DNA of 64,000 bases. Source: Clostridiales bacterium UBA5448. Lineage in GTDB: Bacteria; Bacillota; Clostridia; Oscillospirales; SIG627. Each line of letters opens with the position of its first letter. Position 1 is the first letter of the stretch. The stretch spans positions 57,115 through 121,114 of the forward strand of contig DIRA01000014.1 of assembly GCA_002427425.1 (NCBI GenBank), in the 5' to 3' direction. This document shows, one piece after another, positions 17,607 to 27,467 of this stretch. The translations under genes and the position numbers were made by a program. The notes under the pieces were generated by a model, which saw only the letters and a program-made list of their open reading frames with translations, searched no databases and was not told the origin of the DNA.

Positions 17607-18180
17607 TTTTTTGTATTCCCAGCCATTCCAGCAGTTTAAAACGAAAGGTATATCCGGATGCAGTAGAAACGGTTTTGGCTTGTGTGTTGGTCAGTCCTTC
17701 GTTGGTCAGTTTTGCCGGCGTGGCAGCACATTTCAAACACAAGCGGGGAAACATGACACACCACCAGTTTTTGCCCTCGGCATTCCCCAAACAAATTCGA
17801 AAGGAATAATATTCACCGGCAGGCAGGCTGAACCCTTCATAATCTCTTGTTTCGTAATATTCTTTGCTCAAAGTTGCCACCGCTTTGTAGGAAAAGCCGT
17901 TTTCTTCCAGCACGTCCCGGGCGATACCGGCTAAGTAATCCAGGTTTCGTTCGATTATCGCCGCCGCATCTTCGCGGGTTTCGCAGTTATGAAGCAACGT
18001 CTCGCTTTCCAACAGAATCCGATCCCGTACTTTTAATTTTACTACCTGGTCTTTTGGCAAATCGCTGTCGGCTAAAATGTGCATGCGAATCACATCTTCA
18101 TACAAAGAAGCCGCCTCTTTCATGGGGGCGATGAGCAGTATGAGTGTGATACAAATGAGGGATACCGTCATATGTTTCAT
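17602..18180 (-). CDS. spoIIR: stage II sporulation protein R
   Basis: 192 aa. An N-terminal signal anchor is followed by IRMHILADSDLPKDQVVKLKVRDRILLE, the SpoIIR signature. Confidence 0.85.
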   Translation of the reverse strand: MKHMTVSLICITLILLIAPMKEAASLYEDVIRMHILADSDLPKDQVVKLKVRDRILLESETLLHNCETREDAAAIIERNLDYLAGIARDVLEENGFSYKAVATLSKEYYETRDYEGFSLPAGEYYSFRICLGNAEGKNWWCVMFPRLCLKCAATPAKLTNEGLTNTQAKTVSTASGYTFRFKLLEWLGIQKK

Positions 18181-18246
18181 AAAAAAATCTTCCTTTCTTG
18201 GTGTAACAGAAGTATAACCATAAAAAGGAAGAAATAATCAGTTCGC

Positions 18247-19104
18247 TTACATAAACGTGGCAAAATAGGCAGCCATTCCTTGCTTGCGCAAGTGGGCGGC
18301 GGCTTTTTTTGCATCCTCTTCTTTTTGAAAGAGGCCAAAGACTGAAGGACCCGATCCGCTCATCATGGCGCCCGTGGCACCCAAAGCAAGCAAGCGTGCT
18401 TTCAACGCGGCGATTTCCGGTTTTTCTTTCAGGGAGACCGCTTCCAAGTGGTTGAACATGCTGTCTGCCAGATTCCGGATATTGCCCGACGACAACGCCG
18501 TTTTGATTTTTTCCGTATCTCCCATGGAAGGGGGTGTTTCCAACCCATCGTACAGCTGATAGATGTAGGGCGTAGATAATCCCTTGACATTTTTTGCAAT
18601 GACCACGGGACAACCGGATGTATTGCTTTCCAGGGGAGTCAAGATTTCCCCGATTCCTTCGCACAAACAAACACCCCCCGTCAGGCAAAAAGGCACATCG
18701 GCGCCCAGCCGAAGAGCCAGCGCGGGCAAATCACAACCAAACACATGAAACACGGACTCCAATCCCAGCAAAACGGCGGCGGCATCGGTACTGCCCCCTG
18801 CCAAACCGGCAGCAACGGGAATTCGTTTATTCACATGTATATTTATTTTTTTTTGTAATTTACCAGCCTCCAGATATAACAGCGCCGCCTTCACGCATAA
18901 ATTTCGGCTGTCTGTGGGCAAATAGGGTACGTTGGATTGCAGGGAAACGCCCTCCCCGTCGGTGATGCGTATTCGCAGGGTGTCACGGAGAGAAATCTGC
19001 TGCATGATGGAGGAAATGGTGTGATAACCGTCATCCCGTTTCCCGGTAACAGCCAGTGACAAATTGATTTTGGCACGGGCGATCAAGTTCAAAGAGCGGT
19101 TCAT
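18247..19104 (-). CDS. ispE: 4-(cytidine 5-diphospho)-2-C-methyl-D-erythritol kinase
   Basis: 285 aa. Contains AKINLSLAVTGKRDDGYH and IPVAAGLAGGSTDAAA (GHMP kinase motif). Confidence 0.9.
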   Translation of the reverse strand: MNRSLNLIARAKINLSLAVTGKRDDGYHTISSIMQQISLRDTLRIRITDGEGVSLQSNVPYLPTDSRNLCVKAALLYLEAGKLQKKINIHVNKRIPVAAGLAGGSTDAAAVLLGLESVFHVFGCDLPALALRLGADVPFCLTGGVCLCEGIGEILTPLESNTSGCPVVIAKNVKGLSTPYIYQLYDGLETPPSMGDTEKIKTALSSGNIRNLADSMFNHLEAVSLKEKPEIAALKARLLALGATGAMMSGSGPSVFGLFQKEEDAKKAAAHLRKQGMAAYFATFM

Positions 19105-19116
19105 ATCCTCACGTCC

Positions 19117-20247
19117 TTATAAGAATGATACGGGATTCCGTTTTATTTTCACAGCTTGTACAGGGCATAGTTCCTGACAACAGTAGCAGCGTATACAGTG
19201 TTTGTAATGAATTTTTGCCCGCTTTTTTCCCTGTTTGGTACAAAGGAGGGAGATGGTTTTTTGGGGGCAATCACGGACGCATTCCCCGCATCCGATGCAG
19301 TTTTTCTTATGGATGGAGGGACTGGGCCGGAGGAGTTTTTGGAGTACCTTAGGCATGTTCCGAAACAGATGGAAAGAATGGGTATCCGGCAGCACAAAAT
19401 CCGACAGGACCAAACCCTCAACAGAATCGCCCCAAACAACAACAGGCGTATCAAATGGAAACAAACCACTGTCGTGGGCGGCTTGAAATAAAGGGATTTC
19501 TTTTCTGTCGATGCCAAGAAGCATAGCACCCGCCGCGTCCACGGCAAAGGTGTTTGTCCCTCCCAACAGCGCACCCAATTGCTTGGGGGTGCCGCCGGTA
19601 GGACCGTTGCCTTCCATGACGGTAATAGCATCAAGCAGATTGAAGGTGGGCGTTATAGTGCGGTTGATATCGCAAACAAACCGGCAAAACGTGTGTATAT
19701 CGGGGAATCTGGCATGCATTTCAGCTTTCATAAGACCGGGGATTACACCGAAAAGGTTTTTAGCGCAGCCAGTCATTACCGTCAGAGCATGGCTTTTCAA
19801 TTTTGCCACATTGAAAAAGATTTTTGCACGGGCAATGGCGGACAGGGTATCCACGTTTTTGCTGACATACCCGTCAGGGCAGTGGAGCCGTTCCGAGGTC
19901 ATGTCCAAACAGATTTTTACGCCGTAACGAAGGGCGACATCTTTCATGCCGGTGGTTTTATAAACACCTTCCAGAATAGCGGGGGTATTGAGGCCGCCGG
20001 GACATTCGGCGAAGGTAATATCCTCCGTGCGGGTTTTCAACAGCCGGACCAAAGCCTCCACCGGGGCGGGATGGGTTGTGGCGGCGGCATGGGGCGGTCG
20101 CTTGGAAACCAGATTGGGCTTGATGACCACCGGGGCACCGGCAGGAACCATTTTTTCCAATCCGCCAAAATCTTGAAAAATACGAATCAGTGCCTGTTCC
20201 AAATCGGGGAGGGAATAGGCAGGGCATGCGTATACAGAAACGTTCAT
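19117..20247 (-). CDS. DUF362 domain protein with C-terminal 2x[4Fe-4S] ferredoxin motifs
   Basis: 376 aa. Contains VVIKPNLV and the cluster motifs CIGCGECVRDCP and CIRCYCCQELCP. Confidence 0.7.
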   Translation of the reverse strand: MNVSVYACPAYSLPDLEQALIRIFQDFGGLEKMVPAGAPVVIKPNLVSKRPPHAAATTHPAPVEALVRLLKTRTEDITFAECPGGLNTPAILEGVYKTTGMKDVALRYGVKICLDMTSERLHCPDGYVSKNVDTLSAIARAKIFFNVAKLKSHALTVMTGCAKNLFGVIPGLMKAEMHARFPDIHTFCRFVCDINRTITPTFNLLDAITVMEGNGPTGGTPKQLGALLGGTNTFAVDAAGAMLLGIDRKEIPLFQAAHDSGLFPFDTPVVVWGDSVEGLVLSDFVLPDTHSFHLFRNMPKVLQKLLRPSPSIHKKNCIGCGECVRDCPQKTISLLCTKQGKKRAKIHYKHCIRCYCCQELCPVQAVKIKRNPVSFL

Positions 20248-20249
20248 AT

Positions 20250-20987
20250 TTATTTTTTCCTGTCAAAATGGATCTTGTTTTCCTCCATATTCCAGATACG
20301 CACGATGTTGGAACGGTGGAAGAAGATAATCATAACCATGGTAAATAAGGAAAAGGTCAAGGCAAAAATATCCGCGGGGACGCTGAAACAGATTTTGTAA
20401 TAGAAATTTAAAAGCAAAGGATAAAAGCTGGCACAAATAATGCTGGCGAGGGAAACCATCCGGGTCATAAGCAAAATCACGATAAAAATGAAAAGCAGGC
20501 AGAGAAACACCAAAGGATTGGTGCAAAGGATGGTAGCGGCGGCGACCAGAACGCCCTTTCCGCCTTTAAAACGGAAAAAAACAGGAAACACATGCCCGAT
20601 CAGGCAGAAAAATCCGGCGGTATATCCCCCGGCGATGCCCATGACCATGGTACCCATAATCACCGATAGAATAGCCTTGATCAAATCGCCTCCTAAGGTC
20701 ATCAACCCTGCTTTTTTACCAAACACACGGAACATGTTGGTCATGCCTGCGTTTTTACTGCCGGCGGTACGAATGTCTTTTTCGTATAACCTCTTGGAAA
20801 TCACCACGGCGGTATTGATGCTGCCCATCAGATATGGTCCGAGGACGCAGAACAAGACGGCAAGCACTCCTGTCCAAAAAGTGAGAACCCGCTCATCGCC
20901 GAACATTAAATTATAGACCCCCAAGTGATACAGGAACGATTGGGGGGCTTTTCCGATAGAGGCCAGAATTTGAAGCAGTTTTTCCAT
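20250..20987 (-). CDS. plsY: acyl-phosphate glycerol-3-phosphate acyltransferase
   Basis: Polytopic membrane ORF containing GSINTAVVISK, GSKNAGMTN and FRFKGGKGV. The true start may be an internal Met. Confidence 0.85.
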   Translation of the reverse strand: MEKLLQILASIGKAPQSFLYHLGVYNLMFGDERVLTFWTGVLAVLFCVLGPYLMGSINTAVVISKRLYEKDIRTAGSKNAGMTNMFRVFGKKAGLMTLGGDLIKAILSVIMGTMVMGIAGGYTAGFFCLIGHVFPVFFRFKGGKGVLVAAATILCTNPLVFLCLLFIFIVILLMTRMVSLASIICASFYPLLLNFYYKICFSVPADIFALTFSLFTMVMIIFFHRSNIVRIWNMEENKIHFDRKK

Positions 20988-21004
20988 ATGTATCCCCTAC
21001 GGGC

Positions 21005-22339
21005 TCAGAAGTCATTGCCCGTGTCGCCTTTCTCGCGAACGATCAGTTTGATGGGTGTGCCTTTAAAACCAAAAGCTTCCCGCAGACAATTTTCGATATA
21101 CCGACGATAAGAGAAATGAAACAATTCCGCGTTGTTACAAAATATGACGAAGGTAGGGGGCTTAATACCAATTTGGGTCATATAGTATATTTTCAGTCGT
21201 TTTCCCTTGTCGGAGGGAGGCTGGACCCGGGTGGTGGCATCGTTGAGCAAATCGTTGAGCAACCCCGTGGTCACCCGCATAGAGTTCTGCGCAGCCACTT
21301 CATTAATCAGTTCGTAAATTTTATCCACCCTTTGGCCGGTTTTGGCGGAGAGAGTCATGATGGGGGCATAGGTCATATAGGACAAAGCGGAATAGACCTG
21401 CTTCATCACTTCATGGGTGGTGGTATTGTCCTTTTCGATCAAATCCCATTTGTTGACACAAAGGATGGAGGCTTTTCCCGCTTCGTGGGCAATGCCCGCA
21501 ATGCGTTCGTCTTGCTGGGTCACCATTTCCTGGGCATCGATCATAATCAAACATACATCCGCCCGTTCTACGGCCATGTTGGCACGCAGGACCGAATAGC
21601 GTTCAATGGCATCTTCCACCTTGGAGGAGCGGCGAATACCGGCGGTATCAATCAGGGTATATTTTCCAAACGCATTGACCAGCGGCGTATCTACCGCATC
21701 CCGGGTGGTACCCGCTATGGGAGAAACGATGACGCGCTCTTCCCCCAGCATTTGATTAACCAGGCTGCTTTTCCCGGAATTGGGTTTTCCGATGACAGCC
21801 ACCGCAAGACCGGGTGCTTCCTCTTGGTTTTCCGCCAGATGGGCAACAGCTTCCACCACTTTGTCCAGGATATCCCCCGAACCGGTGCCGTGGATAGAAG
21901 AAAGAGGGATGGGATCACCGAATCCCAGCTCATAAAATTCATAAAACTCGGGAGGCACATCCCCCACGCCGTCCACCTTGTTCACTGCCAGAATGACAGG
22001 CTTTCTTGACCTTTTCAGCATGGTTGCCACTTCGCGGTCGGCGGCGGTGACACCAGTTTTGATATCGGTCATAAAGATGATGGCGGCGGCGGAATCGATG
22101 GCAAGCTGGGCTTGGGTTAAAATGTGCTTCAATATGACGGTATCGGCTTTGGGTTCAATGCCGCCGGTATCCACCAACAGCATATCGACGCCGTTCCAGT
22201 CAATGTCAAACATGATCCGATCCCGGGTGATACCGGGAGTGTTATCCACGATGGAAATGCGTTTTCCGATCAGTTTATTAAAAAAAGTACTTTTGCCAAC
22301 GTTGGGACGACCCACAATGGCGATGGTTGGTTTTGGCAT
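21005..22339 (-). CDS. der: ribosome-associated GTPase Der/EngA (double G domain + KH-like)
   Basis: 444 aa. Two P-loops, GRPNVGKST and GKPNSGKSS; also DTGG/DTAG and NKVD/NKWD. Confidence 0.93.
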   Translation of the reverse strand: MPKPTIAIVGRPNVGKSTFFNKLIGKRISIVDNTPGITRDRIMFDIDWNGVDMLLVDTGGIEPKADTVILKHILTQAQLAIDSAAAIIFMTDIKTGVTAADREVATMLKRSRKPVILAVNKVDGVGDVPPEFYEFYELGFGDPIPLSSIHGTGSGDILDKVVEAVAHLAENQEEAPGLAVAVIGKPNSGKSSLVNQMLGEERVIVSPIAGTTRDAVDTPLVNAFGKYTLIDTAGIRRSSKVEDAIERYSVLRANMAVERADVCLIMIDAQEMVTQQDERIAGIAHEAGKASILCVNKWDLIEKDNTTTHEVMKQVYSALSYMTYAPIMTLSAKTGQRVDKIYELINEVAAQNSMRVTTGLLNDLLNDATTRVQPPSDKGKRLKIYYMTQIGIKPPTFVIFCNNAELFHFSYRRYIENCLREAFGFKGTPIKLIVREKGDTGNDF

Positions 22340-22353
22340 AGAAAAAAATCCTT

Positions 22354-23652
22354 TCAGGACTGAGCGAGAGCAGTCACAAATTCAACCCCGTCGTTTTCGA
22401 TGGGAATGACAGGCACTCCCAATTGTTTGGATAAAGCTTCGGGTGTCATGTCATCCAAAAAGCGATCCCGTTCAAATCGGAGTGAAACCGCGGGAATATA
22501 CAGTGCTTCCCCCAGCTCTTTCCCCTGCAAAGCGGCGAGATAATCGCTTCCGGTCAACAATCCGGCAACAGTCACAGTATCCCCGAAAAAGTGATTTTTT
22601 ATGGGAAAAACCTGACAGTCCAAAGTATAGCATTTTTTATGCATTTTTGCAACCATGGCGGACAAAAACGATGCGGCGGCTTCACCGGTTGCAAGGGATA
22701 TTTTTCTTGATTTTCCCGCCTTGCAGGTTTTCAGGGCGTCCTCCACTTCCTGTTCAAAGGAAGCCAGCAACCCGATTCCGTTGTCAAGCTGCGGATAGCC
22801 TTCATAAAAACCTTCTTTTGGGGGATGGGGGACTTCCCCGCGGGTATAAAACTCGTCTGCCGCCCAGACGCACCGCGTCCCTCTTTGAGACAAGGTTTTT
22901 TCTTGGTATTTCGCGACTTGCCGGATAACTCTGCGGCATTCTTCCGGGGTAAACGGCGTAAGGGGGTAGAGATTGTCCCGGTGTTTGGTCAGGCCGGCAG
23001 GCACCACGGCGATGCTGGCAGGGGGATGTTCGAGACGTAACAGATCTGTGAGGGTTCTGTCGAGTTCTGCCCCGTCGTTCAAGCCTTTGCACAAAACGAT
23101 CTGGCAGTGAACTTCAATGCCCTGATTGGTTAGAAAAAGGAGGCGTTCCGACACATTGCCGCCGTGCCGATTTCCTAGCAGCTTGCACCGAAGTTCCGGA
23201 CGGGTGCTGTGAACCGAAACGCGGAGGGGGCTGATGTGCATCGCAGCAATGCGCTCAACATCCTTGTCTTTGCAATTGGTCAGGGTCACATAGCTGCCGT
23301 GAAGGAAAGAAAGGCGGGTATCGTCATCTTTGAAATAAATGCTTTCCCGCATGCCGGGCGGGTTCTGGTCAACAAAGCAAAAGACACAGGCGTTGGAGCA
23401 GCGTTTTTTCTCGTCCATGAGAAAAGAAGCAAACGTCAATCCGATGTCTTCATATTCTTTTTTATGCAGGGTCACTTCCCTGGAGCAGTGATCCCGTAAC
23501 AAAGACAAACAGACCGTTTTCTCGGTGAGATAAAACCGATAATCCAATACATCAAAAATCAAATGTCCGTTTATGGACACCAATTCATCCCCTGGGAGAA
23601 TGCCTTTTTTGTAGGCGGGAGAATGCATCTCCACGCCGGTGATCGTAACCAT
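22354..23652 (-). CDS. DUF512 / PDZ-domain radical-SAM-like protein
   Basis: I place the start at MVTITGVEMHSPAYKKGILPGDELVSINGH (ATG at 23652), with GGAGG 6 nt upstream. Contains CSNACVFC. It sits in the conserved position upstream of der. Confidence 0.7.
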   Translation of the reverse strand: MVTITGVEMHSPAYKKGILPGDELVSINGHLIFDVLDYRFYLTEKTVCLSLLRDHCSREVTLHKKEYEDIGLTFASFLMDEKKRCSNACVFCFVDQNPPGMRESIYFKDDDTRLSFLHGSYVTLTNCKDKDVERIAAMHISPLRVSVHSTRPELRCKLLGNRHGGNVSERLLFLTNQGIEVHCQIVLCKGLNDGAELDRTLTDLLRLEHPPASIAVVPAGLTKHRDNLYPLTPFTPEECRRVIRQVAKYQEKTLSQRGTRCVWAADEFYTRGEVPHPPKEGFYEGYPQLDNGIGLLASFEQEVEDALKTCKAGKSRKISLATGEAAASFLSAMVAKMHKKCYTLDCQVFPIKNHFFGDTVTVAGLLTGSDYLAALQGKELGEALYIPAVSLRFERDRFLDDMTPEALSKQLGVPVIPIENDGVEFVTALAQS

Positions 23653-23673
23653 AGAAACCTCCGGATATGAAAA

Positions 23674-23701
23674 GGACGCCTGTATGCAACATAAGGCGTC
23701 C
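23674..23701 (-). promoter_or_regulatory. second hairpin in the rpmF-DUF512 spacer (possible attenuator)
   Basis: Minus strand reads GGACGCC-14 nt-GGCGTCC, then TTTT. It ends 8 nt before the GGAGG RBS of the DUF512 gene. Confidence 0.4.
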
Positions 23702-23711
23702 GAACGCAACG

Positions 23712-23741
23712 AAAAATAGGCCGGAGACAAAATCCCCGGCC
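23712..23741 (-). terminator. terminator after rpmF
   Basis: Minus strand reads GGCCGGGGA-TTTTG-TCTCCGGCC (9 bp including one G-U pair), followed by TATTTTT. Confidence 0.65.
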
Positions 23742-23760
23742 GCAGAATGCATGTCGGCCC

Positions 23761-23943
23761 TTATTCAGAAACTTTTACAACTTCTTTCCCATCATAGGAA
23801 CCGCATTTGGAGCAGACTCTGTGGGAAAGGTTATATTCACCGCATTTGGAGCATTTCGCCATAGCGGGAGCTTCCAGTTTCCAAGTGCTGGATCTTCTCT
23901 TGTTCTTTCTTGCCGATGACGTTTTACGCTTGGGTACTGCCAT
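23761..23943 (-). CDS. rpmF: 50S ribosomal protein L32
   Basis: 60 aa. [38 protein letters not shown], including the zinc-ribbon form. Confidence 0.95.
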   Translation of the reverse strand: MAVPKRKTSSARKNKRRSSTWKLEAPAMAKCSKCGEYNLSHRVCSKCGSYDGKEVVKVSE

Positions 23944-23995
23944 TTTGACACCTCCTCGATATCACACACATCTGTGTTGAAAATCTACCTATGCA

Positions 23996-24478
23996 TCACA
24001 ATTCCGGTTGGCAGGAGCATGCCTCCCGGTTGAGATTGTGTCCGCACCGCGGACAAAGACCTTTGCAATCTTCACGGCATAAATGCCGGTAAGGCAAATG
24101 CAACATAAAATGAAGCCGCGCCAACTCTTCCAAATCAATTTTGCCCGCTACGGGAATGAGATACTCCTCTGTGTCACTGTTTTCCAACTGATCTGCCACA
24201 GGATAATCCAAGTCCAAAGTGAACGTTTGAACCGTTTCATCCAGACAACGGCAACACACAGCGGTGTATTTCACGGTGAGAGTGGCTTCAAAGGTGATAT
24301 ATCCTGCCATATTTGTCAATGTTCCAGCCATGACGGCAGGTTCCCGGAGCGCATACTCGTCTTCTTTCAGATGCATGACAAACTGCCGTTCAAAAGGCAT
24401 GGTACGCATTTCCCCTGCCATCAAAGCAGAGACGTCCAATAGGGCGGGATTTTGCGATTTGCCGTATCTTGGGTTCAT
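23996..24478 (-). CDS. DUF177 (YceD-like) protein
   Basis: 160 aa. The C-terminal CREDCKGLCPRCGHNLN..CSC metal-binding motif and the position immediately upstream of rpmF both fit. Confidence 0.85.
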   Translation of the reverse strand: MNPRYGKSQNPALLDVSALMAGEMRTMPFERQFVMHLKEDEYALREPAVMAGTLTNMAGYITFEATLTVKYTAVCCRCLDETVQTFTLDLDYPVADQLENSDTEEYLIPVAGKIDLEELARLHFMLHLPYRHLCREDCKGLCPRCGHNLNREACSCQPEL

Positions 24479-24561
24479 GCACAGTCCTTTCTATGAGCGG
24501 GGGGGAATCAAATCACCTTGCTTTTTAAAGAATCAGACTCTTCCAAAAAGCTGCGGATTTC

Positions 24562-24590
24562 ATTATATATGATATAACCCCGCTTGTCAA
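24562..24590 (-). promoter_or_regulatory. consensus sigma-A promoter for the DUF177-rpmF operon
   Basis: Minus strand reads TTGACA (24590-24585), exactly 17 nt, TATAAT (24567-24562). Confidence 0.7.
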
Positions 24591-24674
24591 CAGGTATTTT
24601 TGTGTTGGTTTTTAAAATTTTTTCTAAAAAAACAACCCTAGTTTCAAAAAACACCCGGTCTTTTCCGGATCATT

Positions 24675-25118
24675 TCACATCGTTTGCACGTCGTAAAAAA
24701 CCGGATTTTTTTCAGACATCACCCGGATCATTTGAATGCTGTTTTTGCCCCACTGCTTTTTTCTCGCCCACAGGGCCACGCCCATGACATACAAAACAAG
24801 GACACACCCAGCGAATAAAGCCGACAGGGGAACAGCCAAAACGGTAAGCAAAACAAAAGTCGCCACAAACAATAATACGGGATAAAAAAAGAAAGCACAA
24901 AGATAGCACAGCATCTTTTTGGTATCTGTATAAAGAAGAACGGTATCCCCCACAGCGGCATGCAAGGTGTTTTCAACCACGACCCGATGTTCTTTGGTGT
25001 GGCTGCAGCCCTTGCAATCGGCACATCCTCCGTGGATGCGTCCGCAGGCGGATTCCCGCATGACCCGGACGGTGGCATGTTCGCCCTCGGCGGCGACGAC
25101 GTAACCCAGTTGTTCCAT
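24675..25118 (-). CDS. RseC/MucC (SoxR-reducing system) family membrane protein
   Basis: 147 aa. [40 protein letters not shown] followed by two TM helices. The start overlaps the upstream stop by 1 nt (TGATG). Confidence 0.7.
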   Translation of the reverse strand: MEQLGYVVAAEGEHATVRVMRESACGRIHGGCADCKGCSHTKEHRVVVENTLHAAVGDTVLLYTDTKKMLCYLCAFFFYPVLLFVATFVLLTVLAVPLSALFAGCVLVLYVMGVALWARKKQWGKNSIQMIRVMSEKNPVFYDVQTM

Positions 25119-27454
25119 CAGCCGTTCAGGACGACTTGCATGTTCCCGTCTTTCACGGAGAGAAGGGCGGTGGAAACGGGAACCTTGCTTGCGATTAATT
25201 CTTCCGCCAGAGGATCTTCAATGGCGGTTTGAATATATCTTCTCAAATTCCGCGCGCCGAATTTTTCCGAAAAGGAATGATCCGCAAGAAAGGAGGGAAC
25301 TTCTTTTTCCCAGCGGAGCAGAATGTCTTTTTCGGACAACGCGGTGGCCAATTCACCCAACTGGATCACGGCGATCCGTTCAAAGGCTTCGCGGGACAAG
25401 CGATTGAAGGTGATAATCTGGTCAACACGGTTGATAAATTCAGGGCGAAGGAATTCCGCCAAGGCTTTTTTAGTTTTTTCATGATCGAGTATAGAGCTGG
25501 AGGCGGTAAATCCGCTGGTGGAGGAAACCTGAGAACCGGCATTGGTGGTCATGACAATGACGGTGTTTTCAAAGTTGACTTCTCTGCCGCCGGCATCGGT
25601 GATTCTGCCGTCGTCCAAAATGCGGAGTAAAATATGCAACACATCGGGATGCGCTTTTTCAATTTCATCAAACAACACCACCGAATAGGGTTTTCTGCGG
25701 ATTTTTTCGGTGAGTTGTCCCGCTTCGTCGTATCCTACATACCCGGGAGGGGCACCGATGATGCGGGAAACCGCGTGTTTTTCCATGAACTCGGACATAT
25801 CCAAGCGGATGAGGGCTTCCGGCGAATTGAATAATTCGTTGGCAAGTCTTCGCACCAGTTCAGTTTTTCCCACTCCGGTAGGACCGGCGAAAAGAAAGGA
25901 AACGGGCTTTCTTTTAGAGGTAACCCCGGCTCTGGACCGTTTGATGGCACGGCATATGGCGGACAACGCTTCATCCTGCCCTACGATGTTTTTCTTTAAA
26001 GCTTCTTCCAGTTGGGAAATCCGTTCAAAATCACTTTCTTTCACGGCTCCCGCCGGAACCCCTGTCCAGATTTCAATGACTTCGGCCATGGCTTCACAGG
26101 TGAGAACAATCTGGTCCCGTTGACGGGATAAGCCTTCGAACTCACCCAAATGCTTGGATTCCTGGACCCGTATCTCTGCCATGCGGCGATAGGTATCTTC
26201 CGTGGGAGAGGTGATGGCTTCAAGGGATTCCCGCTCGATTTTCAAATTCTGCAATAACACCATTAGCCCATCCAGACGATTGATGACGGGATTGTTCAAA
26301 ACCACCCGGGCGCAGGCTTCGTCTAACAGATCGATGGCTTTGTCGGGTAAAAAGCGGTCGGTGATATACCGTTCGGATAAAACGGCGGCGGTTTTCAGAA
26401 CGCTGTCGGGAATGGTGATGCCGTGATGGGCCTCATAATAGCCTTTGATTCCCTTGAGCATTTCCACCGTATCCTCGATGGAGGGTTCTTTTACGATGAT
26501 GGGCTGGAATCTCCGCTCCAACGCCGCATCTTTTTCAATATATTTTCTGTATTCAGACAAGGTGGTGGCACCGATCACCTGTATATCGCCCCGGGACAGG
26601 GCGGGCTTTAAAATATTGGCGGCATTCATACCGCCTTCCGCGTCGCCGGCGCCCACAATGGTATGAATTTCGTCAATCATCAAAATGATATTCCCCTGTT
26701 TTTTGATTTCCTCAATCAAACCCCGGATGCGGTTTTCAAACTGACCGCGGAATTGGGTGCCGGCTACCAAAGCCGTCATGTCCAGGACAAACACTTCTTT
26801 TGACAACAGTTTTTGAGGCAAGGACTGATCCGCGATTCGTTGGGCAAGCATTTCGGCGATGGCAGTTTTGCCCACGCCGGGTTCGCCGATCAAGCAGGGA
26901 TTGTTTTTGCCGCGGCGGCATAAAATCTGAACAAGACGAGCCAATTCATGTTCCCGTCCGATGACTTGATCCAGCTTACCTTCTCTGGCACGGGCGGTGA
27001 GATCGATGCAAAAACCGGTTAAGAACTTCCGTTCTTTTTTCGCCTTGGTATCTTCTTTGGCGGGTTTCTTTTTATCTTTCTCTCCCGCTTCTTCCGTGGC
27101 GGGGGCAGGCTGGTGGGTTGTTTGCTGGATGGGCAGGATTTTGCGGATATCCAAAGCCGGGGCCTTGGTTCCTTCCTCATCGGTATCGACCCCATCCGGA
27201 ACGACGCCGTTCATCAGTTCGGACAAATCCATTTCTCCGTTTTCGCCGATCATCTGCTCAAACTGTTCTTCCATGGCTGTCAGGTCATCCTCGGTGAGAC
27301 CCATTTTTTTTGCAATGCCGCCCAAGGGATTCAATCCAAGGGTTTTGGCGCAGGGAATGCACAGCGCTTCAGTTTTCATGGTGTTGTTTTCAATTTTATT
27401 TACATACACAACCGCCGGACGCTTGCCGCAGAGGTCGCAAAGCTGCAATTTCAT
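25118..27454 (-). CDS. Clp/Hsp100 double-AAA+ ATPase (ClpC-like) with N-terminal C4 zinc ribbon
   Basis: 778 aa. Walker A motifs [12 protein letters not shown] and [15 protein letters not shown]. There is a short middle domain. The N-terminus is CDLCG-x22-CIPC rather than Clp_N repeats. Confidence 0.85.
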   Translation of the reverse strand: MKLQLCDLCGKRPAVVYVNKIENNTMKTEALCIPCAKTLGLNPLGGIAKKMGLTEDDLTAMEEQFEQMIGENGEMDLSELMNGVVPDGVDTDEEGTKAPALDIRKILPIQQTTHQPAPATEEAGEKDKKKPAKEDTKAKKERKFLTGFCIDLTARAREGKLDQVIGREHELARLVQILCRRGKNNPCLIGEPGVGKTAIAEMLAQRIADQSLPQKLLSKEVFVLDMTALVAGTQFRGQFENRIRGLIEEIKKQGNIILMIDEIHTIVGAGDAEGGMNAANILKPALSRGDIQVIGATTLSEYRKYIEKDAALERRFQPIIVKEPSIEDTVEMLKGIKGYYEAHHGITIPDSVLKTAAVLSERYITDRFLPDKAIDLLDEACARVVLNNPVINRLDGLMVLLQNLKIERESLEAITSPTEDTYRRMAEIRVQESKHLGEFEGLSRQRDQIVLTCEAMAEVIEIWTGVPAGAVKESDFERISQLEEALKKNIVGQDEALSAICRAIKRSRAGVTSKRKPVSFLFAGPTGVGKTELVRRLANELFNSPEALIRLDMSEFMEKHAVSRIIGAPPGYVGYDEAGQLTEKIRRKPYSVVLFDEIEKAHPDVLHILLRILDDGRITDAGGREVNFENTVIVMTTNAGSQVSSTSGFTASSSILDHEKTKKALAEFLRPEFINRVDQIITFNRLSREAFERIAVIQLGELATALSEKDILLRWEKEVPSFLADHSFSEKFGARNLRRYIQTAIEDPLAEELIASKVPVSTALLSVKDGNMQVVLNG

Positions 27455-27467
27455 ACTGTGTATCCTT

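Noticed and set aside
18181-18246. A sigma-F dependent promoter upstream of spoIIR, expected from Bacillus biology.
   Set aside because: A GTTATA-15 nt-GAAAGGAAGA arrangement is present, but the -10-like part overlaps the RBS and does not start with the GG of the sigma-F consensus as I recall it. The match is too weak to annotate.
18846-18854. A T9 homopolymer inside ispE (KLQKKINIH region), considered as a phase-variation site.
   Set aside because: The reading frame is intact through the tract, and ispE is an essential isoprenoid gene. It is most likely an ordinary Lys-rich coding run.
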